Part shown: one piece after another, positions 22,178-29,817 of the stretch | How the letters are laid out: each line of letters opens with the position of its first letter | Numbering within the stretch: the first letter of the stretch is position 1 | DNA from: a virus | Taxonomy: Duplodnaviria; Caudoviricetes | IMG/VR virus record: IMGVR_UViG_3300037459_000161 | Span: 1 to 59,721 of that record | Length of the DNA: 59,721 bases | Strand: one strand, 5' to 3' | The notes under the pieces: generated by a model | The model's input: only the letters and a program-made list of their open reading frames with translations | What the model was told of the DNA's origin: nothing | The model's database searches: none | Translations under genes and position numbers: made by a program

Positions 22178-22473
22178 ATCACATCCTTTAGTGTTTTGTT
22201 ATGGAAACCTCTGTCTCGTTCAATACCAATTCCAAGTGGCCCCTTATAACTCTTTAACTCACTAAGGCTGAAGTAACCAAGTTCCTTGCAATGCCCATCA
22301 ACCAAGCCAAAGAAAATATCTTCACCGTCGAATTCTGTTGCGTACCCACTCCAACTTCCGCAAGGATTGAAAAATTTAACAATGATTGGAGTCTCTTCTG
22401 GTTTTTTCTTTTCGGTTGAATATAGAGGCGGAAGATCTTTTCTATTTTGTTTTGTTAGCAACATCATTTTCAA
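22174..22473 (-). CDS. DUF2958-like protein
   Basis: VKFFNPCGSW...ATE, FFGLVDG...ELGYFSLSEL, IERD. Confidence 0.8.
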   Translation of the reverse strand: MKMMLLTKQNRKDLPPLYSTEKKKPEETPIIVKFFNPCGSWSGYATEFDGEDIFFGLVDGHCKELGYFSLSELKSYKGPLGIGIERDRGFHNKTLKDVM

Positions 22474-22480
22474 TTTCCTT

Positions 22481-23059
22481 TCAAAGATCTGTAATCATTG
22501 GCTCGTCACAACTTCCACAAGTCAAACCATAATTATCGAAAGTACTTAGTGCCTGTCGAGCAACATTCGGGCATGATTCACAAACAATCTTAATCAATCG
22601 GCTTCCCTTAGAACCTCTCGTAACAGGCGTAAGCTTCGCGTGAGGATACTTACCCAAAACTTCGCTAATACCCTCAAGAATCTTAACCAAAACTTCACCA
22701 GAGTTAGTTTCTGTCATCTTACCAACAAGACCAACTGAAGTAGCAAGGTGTTTAAACGGTGCTTTGTGCCCTGCTTTAGTTCCAACAATTGCGTGTACCA
22801 TTTCGTGAGTAAGAACACCTAGAACTTCAATCGGATCGACTAGAACGGGTGAAATAAAAATCTCAAAGAATCCACCTTCCGACGAAGCATCAGACCAACA
22901 CTGGCCGATTGCTTTGTTTTTCTTTCCGCGTTTCCCGAGTGGAAAACCAACAGAAACTTTAATCATTTTTGCTTCTACTCCCTGAGGAATAAAAAGCTGC
23001 TTGTTTAATTGTCTTACTGCTTTATTCAACCATTGTTCGCGCGTAATCGGACTAGGCAT
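22481..23059 (-). CDS. SprT-like zinc metalloprotease
   Basis: IGQCW, EIFISP, LTHEMVH, GHKAPFK, C-terminal CxxC..CxxC. Confidence 0.8.
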   Translation of the reverse strand: MPSPITREQWLNKAVRQLNKQLFIPQGVEAKMIKVSVGFPLGKRGKKNKAIGQCWSDASSEGGFFEIFISPVLVDPIEVLGVLTHEMVHAIVGTKAGHKAPFKHLATSVGLVGKMTETNSGEVLVKILEGISEVLGKYPHAKLTPVTRGSKGSRLIKIVCESCPNVARQALSTFDNYGLTCGSCDEPMITDL

Positions 23060-23061
23060 TT

Positions 23062-23492
23062 TTACTCCTTTTCTGCTTCGTTCAAAAGATTTTCAAATTC
23101 AACAAGAGTTAATTTTTCTGCTCCGTTATTAATTCGAATAAGATTAACAGAATTAAAAGCATTTTCGTAATTTCCTCCAAGAGAGCGAGTAAATTTAACA
23201 GACTCAAGTATCGCTCTAGCTTGTCCCAAAGTGACAGCCTTTCCCAAAATCATTTTCTCTCCTTTTCCATTAACCAATAAAACAATTATAGCAACGTTTA
23301 AATAACTTGCAACTATTAAGCGAAAAATAAAAAAGTATATTTCTCAATATCACCATCTTTTTTAGAGGTATCATTGATATAAGCAATATTTCCTGTATTG
23401 GAAAAATATTCTTTCATCTTTTTAGATGCGTCTTTAAAATTCTCAAATGATTGAATTAGTGTTTGATCTTCATCTTTTATTACTTTAAACAT
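23062..23492 (-). CDS. Two small hypothetical early proteins (23062-23277; 23316-23492, not in track)
   Basis: Each lies just downstream of a consensus promoter and has an AGGA RBS. Confidence 0.5.
23285..23312 (-). promoter_or_regulatory. sigma70-like promoter
   Basis: TTGCAA-N16-TATAAT with extended TG. Confidence 0.7.
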
Positions 23493-23529
23493 TTTCTTTT
23501 CCTTTTAAACTCAATCAACCAACTTCTCT

Positions 23530-23557
23530 ATTCTAATCTTTGATCGGAATTTGTCAA
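23530..23557 (-). promoter_or_regulatory. sigma70-like promoter
   Basis: TTGACA-N16-TAGAAT. Confidence 0.7.
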
Positions 23558-23922
23558 TGGATATTTAGCATTTTATTGAAAATAATTGAAAATAATTACT
23601 TTTTTACTTTTTCTCTTTAAAAACGCATATTTAGCAGGTTTCCATATTGATTGGGTTTTCACCCGAAAACAGGCTTGCGAGGATGGTCCCTAATGGTAGG
23701 AACTATTTTTAGCTATCCGATCATAGACACCAATTTTTTAAGGCACCTTAGAAATGATTCTAGAAGCTGCTCTAAAACCCTTTTAAAATCAACTACTTAG
23801 AGATTGATTTTGTACTAAAAACGTGTTCTTTTTGTCAAGTTTGAAAATTAAAAATGCTCTAACTCGTTTTAATAGCGTTTCAGCTATTAGCTAGCAAAAG
23901 TGAAAAATTGTAAAAATAGATA

Positions 23923-23950
23923 TTGACATTTGTTTAAATGTAATTATAAT
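23923..23950 (+). promoter_or_regulatory. Consensus sigma70-like promoter of the rightward early operon
   Basis: TTGACA-N16-TATAAT with an A-rich UP region. Confidence 0.8.
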
Positions 23951-24033
23951 GAAGTTGTTCGTTTTTGGAGAAAAGAGAAATGACGATTTATGACAAAAAT
24001 GATCTTAACAAGTACGTTTAAACGAGGGGTAAA

Positions 24034-24987
24034 ATGGGTTTATATATGAATGGGTTTGCTGAGAACAATCATAAGGCTGCTGTTTTGGCAACCTTAGATG
24101 GTGTTACTGAGTTTATTGATATTGTTCCTGTATTTCTTAAAGTTAAAAGTGGGAATATGCTCATCGCTGTTGTAGAAAATGGGCCTTTTGATGCTGCTGC
24201 TGTTGCATTTAATAAAGATGAATTTAAAGAGTTTACTCGCACAAATGATTTTCGGGCAATACGATATTTTTCTGTTCCTGTAGAAGTAATTAAAGAATTT
24301 GCTCCTGATTTTGAAAAATATGTAAAAGGAGATAATCAAAATGGTTAAGCGAAAATTTGATCGTGCAAAGTGGTTTCCGTATGAATTAATGGTTAAGCGC
24401 CATAAACCATCTGGTGTTCTTTTTGATACAAGTACAGGAAGAAGTTGTTGTTTGGGTTTGGAATTGTTAGCTCGCGGAGTTATTTCTGATAATCTTATTG
24501 GAAAAACAATGCCAGATGAAATTAACCCAAAAGATTCTCCAGGATTTATGGTGAATGATGGAATTGATCTTGATAGAGGTTCTTCACTTTTTTCAAAAGA
24601 AGCTGCAAAAATAAATGATAGTAATGATTCTGTTACTTATCCAACTATCGAAAAGAAAGAAGAAGCAATTATTGAATTGTTTGCAACTGTAGATATTGAA
24701 GTTGAATTTTTTGGTGAGTTGGGAGATGTTGAAGATTTGAGGCTTAATTAGACAAAAGAAAAAATATGGGAAAGAAAAAGAAAAATCTATATGCATGGGA
24801 ATGGAACACTAACGGGTGGTCTGATGCTTGGGCTTTTACCGAGGCTGAAGCATTAAAAATCGCAAAAAACAACGGTGGTGAACTATACAGTACACTCAGA
24901 AATTTTCGATTGGTTGGTATTGAAGGTTCTGAAGAAGTAACAGCGTATCATATTGCCAATGAAGATTCCTGGATGTGTTACGGATAA
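24034..24987 (+). CDS. Three early hypothetical proteins (24034-24348, 24341-24751, 24766-24987)
   Basis: Follow the consensus promoter; GAGGGG and AGGAG RBSs. Confidence 0.7.
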
Positions 24988-24988
24988 A

Positions 24989-25017
24989 TTGGCACTTTTT
25001 GAAAAATCTGCTATACT
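24989..25017 (+). promoter_or_regulatory. Extended -10 promoter
   Basis: TTGGCA-N17-TATACT with extended TG. Confidence 0.55.
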
Positions 25018-25071
25018 TCTTTCGAAGCACAATCGAGTTTTAACATTATTGTGTTATAAAAAGGAAACGTT

Positions 25072-25671
25072 ATGAGTGAAAGTTCAACAGCAACAGAAGA
25101 AAAAGTTCCTACTCAAGCTGAAATTGATTACGAACGAGCAAAGGGAATCATCTCACCACTAGCAAAAGCTGGGAAAGATGAAAATGAAATTGGTAAAGCT
25201 TTAGTTCTTGCAGATTTTACTATCAGTAAGGCTAAGCGATATCGTCAATTGGTTCTTGAAGATCTTGGTATCATTCTTTCAAGTAAGAATCGTTTTGAGC
25301 TAGCTTCCGCACTTTTGGTTAAGGGGGATTTCAAACCTCAAACCTGGGAAGAGGTTGAAAAAGCTTGTGAGTATTTGGCGCAGGAACTTGATGCCACTAC
25401 AGAAAATCAAGCTTTTAAGTCCATCAAGCGATTTTGTAAAGCCAATAGTATCGAGATACCCGATAAGCCGAAGGGTGTTCGTGGGCGAAGTCCTACGTCG
25501 TTTCGTGCTATTTCACTGACTTGGATGACAGAAAATTGCGACAAGTCAATGGATGAATTTGTCGCATACATGAAAGAAGCTGGTAAAGATAGCGAGAGCA
25601 ATCGTCGATACTATGGTCGAATCTTTGAAGCAATTCAAAGTTCTTACAATCAGGGTTTCAATGCTGCTTAA
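25072..25671 (+). CDS. Hypothetical 199-aa protein, monocistronic
   Basis: Own promoter, AAGGA RBS and terminator. Confidence 0.8.
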   Translation: MSESSTATEEKVPTQAEIDYERAKGIISPLAKAGKDENEIGKALVLADFTISKAKRYRQLVLEDLGIILSSKNRFELASALLVKGDFKPQTWEEVEKACEYLAQELDATTENQAFKSIKRFCKANSIEIPDKPKGVRGRSPTSFRAISLTWMTENCDKSMDEFVAYMKEAGKDSESNRRYYGRIFEAIQSSYNQGFNAA

Positions 25672-25677
25672 TTAAAA

Positions 25678-25712
25678 TGTCCACCCTCGAAAGGGGGTGG
25701 GCAATTTATTTT
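25678..25712 (+). terminator. Rho-independent terminator
   Basis: TGTCCACCCTC-GAAA-GGGGGTGGGCA followed by ATTTATTTT. Confidence 0.8.
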
Positions 25713-25739
25713 GACGTTCTATCAACGAAGGGGTTAATT

Positions 25740-25961
25740 ATGGAATTACAAGATTTAGTTACAGATGAATCTTTAGAGATTGGTAAAAAAGCAATTGAAA
25801 ATGCTTTGGTTGATTATCGTGATAGTAAAATATTTACCATACGTAGAAATGGATTAGTAATTGCTGAAAAAGATGGTACTCCATCTAAAATAATTCGTTT
25901 TGGCTCAGAGGTTGCTTTAAGAATTGGTATAAATGCAATTTTCAAAAACAAGAGTGTTTAA
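25740..25961 (+). CDS. Hypothetical protein (start revised to MELQDL)
   Basis: GAAGGGG RBS before ATG 25740; the track start lies inside the terminator. Confidence 0.65.
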   Translation: MELQDLVTDESLEIGKKAIENALVDYRDSKIFTIRRNGLVIAEKDGTPSKIIRFGSEVALRIGINAIFKNKSV

Positions 25962-26118
25962 ACGCATATTAATTATTTGATTCAATGACTAGCTTTTTAT
26001 TAAAGAGTGTGCTATACTCTTAAAGATCATTGCAATAAATTTGCAGTATGTAAAAATAATAATTAATATTAATTTTAATAAATATATTTGGATAGGGGTT
26101 TATTATGATTCTTTAACG

Positions 26119-26229
26119 AATTAAATCATGCATATCAGCATTCTAGTAGTTCTTTGAACGGCGTTCTTGAACTATGTCCAAACTCTCACCCCATCATCAC
26201 ACACAAATGCTGGTATGTATGATTTAGTT
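26119..26229 (+). ncRNA. Candidate structured small RNA with a 24-bp closing stem
   Basis: 26119-26142 pairs with 26206-26229; all three non-Watson-Crick positions are G-U on the + strand; internal hairpin and C/A-rich loop; T-run follows. Confidence 0.6.
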
Positions 26230-26270
26230 ATTTTTTCTTGCCCGTTCTGGGCTACTGAAGGGGTTGTAAG

Positions 26271-26462
26271 ATGATAGCAAGATGTTCGAAATGCAAACAA
26301 ATTTCAAGTAGTTTTGAACCTTGTACTTTGTGCGGTGCGTTAATGAAATCAATTGATGAAGATTTTGATGATGATGAAACTATTCCAGTTAATTATTCAA
26401 GAGATAGACAATTTGATTTAACATCTTTATTTCCATTTTTGCCACTTAGAACACAAAAATGA
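26271..26462 (+). CDS. Small zinc-ribbon protein
   Basis: CSKC...CTLC; GAAGGGG RBS. Confidence 0.6.
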   Translation: MIARCSKCKQISSSFEPCTLCGALMKSIDEDFDDDETIPVNYSRDRQFDLTSLFPFLPLRTQK

Positions 26463-27580
26463 GAATAGCTGTAGACGCTACATACCTGTATAAAATGGGT
26501 TCTAATGACAAACTTCAACAATGGACTATTTCAACTGAAGGTGATTTAATCAAAATTGAGTGGGGAGAATTTCAAGGACGCAAACAATACAAAGAAGAAA
26601 TTGTAGAGTTTGGTCTTGCTGGAAGATCTCATGAGGAGCAATTACTTTTAAGAGTACAATCAAGAGTTAATCGCAAACTTGATATTGGTTATGTTTTCAA
26701 TATGAAAGAAGCGCAAAGTAAACTAAAAACAAATCGGCTAGGTTTAAAAATGCCGATGCTCGCAAAAATATGGAGTAAAGTAAAAGAAATAGATTATGAA
26801 AATGCTGTAATTCAACCAAAATTAGATGGACACAGATGTTTGATTTATTTCGACGGTGAAGATTACATAGCTTATTCAAGAAATGGAAAACAAATCACTT
26901 CTATTACAAATATTTTAGCTGACGTTAGTAAATGTGGTATGCAACCTGGAACTACACTTGATGGTGAATTATACCATCATGGAACTGCATTACAAACAAT
27001 TGGTTCTTGGGTTAGGAGAGAACAACCAAACACTGATAAACTTTGTTACACAATTTACGATATGATTCCTGCAATTGATAGTGTTGTTCATGATTGTGAT
27101 TTTAAAACTAGACTTGAAATGCTGCGATCATTGCGTTTAAACAATAATCTTGGGTTACTTGGTTGCATAGAGAATATAACAGAGAATCAAATACCTGAAT
27201 TTTTAAAAAGTGTAAGATCAATGAAATACGAAGGTTTGATAATTCGCCAAGCTGGTTTTGGTTATCAAGATGGAAAGCGGAATAATGCTTTAATCAAAGT
27301 AAAACAATTTCTAGATGACGAATTTGAAGTGATAGATATTCAAGCTTCTAAAGATAGTTTTTGTATTTTACATTGTAGAACACATAATATACTTAGCACT
27401 ATATATGAAACTGTAACTAAAGTCACAGCACCAGGGACATTCGATGAAAAAGACTTTGTATTGGCTAATCGAAAAGATTATATAGGTAGATACGTTACAG
27501 TTGAATTCGCAGATTGGACATTGGAAGGAAAACTTTTCCATCCGATAGCAAAATGCTGGCGAGAAAAAAATGAAGAATAA
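26459..27580 (+). CDS. ATP-dependent DNA ligase
   Basis: PMLA, QPKLDGHRC (motif I), LDGELY, YD, YEGLIIR, LIKVK, C-terminal OB fold. Confidence 0.92.
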   Translation: MRIAVDATYLYKMGSNDKLQQWTISTEGDLIKIEWGEFQGRKQYKEEIVEFGLAGRSHEEQLLLRVQSRVNRKLDIGYVFNMKEAQSKLKTNRLGLKMPMLAKIWSKVKEIDYENAVIQPKLDGHRCLIYFDGEDYIAYSRNGKQITSITNILADVSKCGMQPGTTLDGELYHHGTALQTIGSWVRREQPNTDKLCYTIYDMIPAIDSVVHDCDFKTRLEMLRSLRLNNNLGLLGCIENITENQIPEFLKSVRSMKYEGLIIRQAGFGYQDGKRNNALIKVKQFLDDEFEVIDIQASKDSFCILHCRTHNILSTIYETVTKVTAPGTFDEKDFVLANRKDYIGRYVTVEFADWTLEGKLFHPIAKCWREKNEE

Positions 27581-28022
27581 TGGATTTTATTGCATTGCTT
27601 TAGATAATCCAAAAAGCGGAGAAAACGTTGGTGGTTCAATGCGTGCCGCTCAAATTTATGGTGCTTCATTAATTGTTTTAGGTGGTAAACGTCCAGAAAA
27701 ATTAATCAAACACCCAACAGATACAATGAAAGCGTTTAAACATATACCATCTGTTTTAGTTGAAGATATATTTGAAGCTTTACCTTTTGATTGCATTCCT
27801 GTCGCTGTAGATTTGATTAATGGTGCAATGCCACTACCAAATTATTGCCACCCAAAGAGAGCATTTTATATTTTTGGCGCTGAAGATGCAACATTAGGAA
27901 AACGGATTACTGATCGGTGTAGGGATATTGTCTTTATTCCAACGCGGAGTTGCATGAATTTAGCTGCCACAGTTAATGTAGTTCTTTATGACAGATTATC
28001 AAAATTAGGGGTTGCAATTTAA
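27570..28022 (+). CDS. Stand-alone SPOUT (SpoU/TrmH/TrmL-like) RNA 2'-O-methyltransferase
   Basis: LDNPKSGENVGGSMRAA, YIFGAED, IPT..CMNLAATVNVVLYDR. Confidence 0.9.
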   Translation: MKNNGFYCIALDNPKSGENVGGSMRAAQIYGASLIVLGGKRPEKLIKHPTDTMKAFKHIPSVLVEDIFEALPFDCIPVAVDLINGAMPLPNYCHPKRAFYIFGAEDATLGKRITDRCRDIVFIPTRSCMNLAATVNVVLYDRLSKLGVAI

Positions 28023-28039
28023 AATGAATCACCTATAAT
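28012..28039 (+). promoter_or_regulatory. Promoter for the RNA array and TROVE operon
   Basis: TTGCAA-N16-TATAAT; predicted start ~28046 coincides with the 5' end of unit 1. Confidence 0.7.
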
Positions 28040-28046
28040 CCTGATT

Positions 28047-28114
28047 GCTCGAATGGCGTATATAACGGTTACTTCATTATAGATAAGATACTGTTATTGC
28101 TTGTTCCTTCGAGC
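28047..28114 (+). ncRNA. Y-RNA-like unit 1
   Basis: GCTCGAA/TTCGAGC stem, TGGCGTA...TGTTCC core, ATAACGGT/ACTGTTAT stem, TACTTC. Confidence 0.75.
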
Positions 28115-28126
28115 GTTTGATTTGAT

Positions 28127-28223
28127 GTTACAATGGCGTAGAATACAGTTACTTCTTTACTGAAACAAAGATAGTCTACCGAAAGGGGACTAACAATTTC
28201 TGTATTCGTTTGTTCCTTGTAGC
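28127..28223 (+). ncRNA. Y-RNA-like unit 2
   Basis: GTTACAA/TTGTAGC stem, same core, GAATACAG/CTGTATTC stem; insert with a CTGAAA loop and a GAAA-tetraloop hairpin. Confidence 0.75.
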
Positions 28224-28230
28224 TTGATTT

Positions 28231-28346
28231 TGTGATGGCGTAGTTAACAGTTACTTCCTCTGCTAAAGGAGAAACCTAGTTAAGAATTTGGCTATCAAGT
28301 CAAATCTAAACCAAGGACTTTGTACTGTAAACGTTTGTTCCTCACA
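28231..28346 (+). ncRNA. Y-RNA-like unit 3
   Basis: TGTGA/TCACA stem, same core, GTTAACAGT/ACTGTAAAC stem; insert TTCCT-CTGCTAA-AGGAG plus a long hairpin. Confidence 0.75.
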
Positions 28347-28358
28347 CTTGATTTACTT

Positions 28359-28439
28359 TGTAGTGGCGTAGATAGCAGATACTTCAGTTCGATCCTGTTA
28401 AGCCTTGGATGGCAAGCCTGTTATCGTATGTTCCCTACA
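28359..28439 (+). ncRNA. Y-RNA-like unit 4 (YrlA-like T-loop)
   Basis: TGTAG/CTACA stem, same core, GATAGCAG/CTGTTATC stem; insert CAG-TTCGATC-CTG and GCC-TTGGAT-GGC. Confidence 0.75.
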
Positions 28440-28461
28440 CTCACAGAAGGGGTTTTCTAAA

Positions 28462-29817
28462 ATGCGTACTAATTTACTTCCTGAATCAATGCGAACACAT
28501 GAAGGTGCAAAAGCTTACACACTAACAACAGAACTTGAATTACGTCGTTCTGTACTTTCATGTTTTCTGTGGGAAGATTCTTTTTACGAAAATGGAGTTT
28601 CTATTGCAGAGCGAATTTCAACGCTTTGTGATTCAGTTGAACCTGAAAAAATTGCAAAAATTGCAATTGAAGCAAGAGAAGTAAATCATCTTCGTCATGC
28701 GCCTCTATGGTTGATTTGCGGTTTAGCAAGAAATCATAGTGGTGATTCACTTGTTTCTGATACTGTAGAACGAGTTATTCAACGAGTTGATGAAATTCCT
28801 GAATTGCTATCTCTGTATTCTCTTAGTGTTGTAGGTGTTAAAACAAAAAATGGTAGAACAAAGAAACTTGGAAAACTTTCCAATGGTATCAAAAATGGAA
28901 TTGCGCGAGCATTTACAAAGTTCACACCCTATCAACTTGCAAAGTATAACCGCAAAGGTGCAATCACTTTGAAAGATGCTTTGTTTGTTTCTCACGCTAA
29001 ACCTATTACGGAAGCACAAGGTAAAGCCTGGAAAGATTTGATTAATGGTGAACTTGCTACGCCCGACACTTGGGAAGTTGCTTTGTCTGGTGGAGCGGAT
29101 AAGAAAGAAACATTTATTCGTTTGATTGCAGAAAAGAAATTGGGAGCACTTGCTTTGCTTCGTAATTTGCGGAATATGGATGAATCTGGTGTACCTATTG
29201 ACGTAATAAAGGGAGCATTGGCGGAAGCTAACGTTTCTAGAGTTTTGCCTTTTCGGTTTATTGCAGCGGCGCAATTTGTTCCCCAATTGGAAGAAGATCT
29301 AGAAAAGTGTATGTTGAGAAGCATTCAAGAACAACCTAAAATTCCTGGTTCAACCGCAATGCTTATTGACCATTCTGGTTCTATGCCTGGGTATCAAATT
29401 TCTGAAAAATCCAAACTTGATCGTTTCGACGCTGCTACTGCGCTTGCAATGATTGCACGAGAAACTTTTGAAAATATTCGTACTTTTGCTTTTTCTGAAC
29501 AAACTGTAGAAGTTCCTTCTCGTCATGGTTTTGCTTTGCGAGATGCAATCGGAAATTGTATGGGTTTTGGTATGACTAGGCTTGGAGCAGCAATTGAGCA
29601 TGTTGGTAAAGTTTATAATTACGATAGAATTATTGTTATTACCGACGAGCAAAGTCACGATCGGGTTGGGCCTCCCAAGGCTGGTTCAAATGGATATATG
29701 ATTAACGTTGCAACCTATAAGAATGGTGTAGGTTATGGTCCCTGGACACATATTGACGGGTGGTCTGAATCTGTACTTAAATTCATTGCCGAACTTGAAA
29801 ACTTCGGCAATTCATGA
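28462..29817 (+). CDS. rsr: Ro60/Rsr-like TROVE + vWA domain RNA-binding protein (451 aa; start revised)
   Basis: THEGAKA, SCFLWEDSFYENG, LRHAPL, YQLAKYNR, PDTWE, ALLRNLRN, VLPFRF, MIDAS DHSGSM, VITDEQ, IDGWSE; AGAAGGGG RBS before ATG 28462. Confidence 0.92.
   Translation: MRTNLLPESMRTHEGAKAYTLTTELELRRSVLSCFLWEDSFYENGVSIAERISTLCDSVEPEKIAKIAIEAREVNHLRHAPLWLICGLARNHSGDSLVSDTVERVIQRVDEIPELLSLYSLSVVGVKTKNGRTKKLGKLSNGIKNGIARAFTKFTPYQLAKYNRKGAITLKDALFVSHAKPITEAQGKAWKDLINGELATPDTWEVALSGGADKKETFIRLIAEKKLGALALLRNLRNMDESGVPIDVIKGALAEANVSRVLPFRFIAAAQFVPQLEEDLEKCMLRSIQEQPKIPGSTAMLIDHSGSMPGYQISEKSKLDRFDAATALAMIARETFENIRTFAFSEQTVEVPSRHGFALRDAIGNCMGFGMTRLGAAIEHVGKVYNYDRIIVITDEQSHDRVGPPKAGSNGYMINVATYKNGVGYGPWTHIDGWSESVLKFIAELENFGNS

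Noticed and set aside
26119-26229. Retron msr-msd or DGR element
   Set aside because: No reverse transcriptase was recognised in the genome, and no template/variable repeat pair was seen
26459-27580. RNA ligase partner for the Ro60 module
   Set aside because: KLDG motif with a C-terminal OB fold fits an ATP-dependent DNA ligase, not RtcB or Rnl
28047-28439. CRISPR array interpretation of the repeated units
   Set aside because: The conserved parts are short split motifs within covarying stems rather than identical repeats, insert lengths vary widely and there is no cas operon
28405-28461. N-terminal extension of the TROVE ORF in the track
   Set aside because: It overlaps RNA unit 4, and the RBS supports ATG 28462
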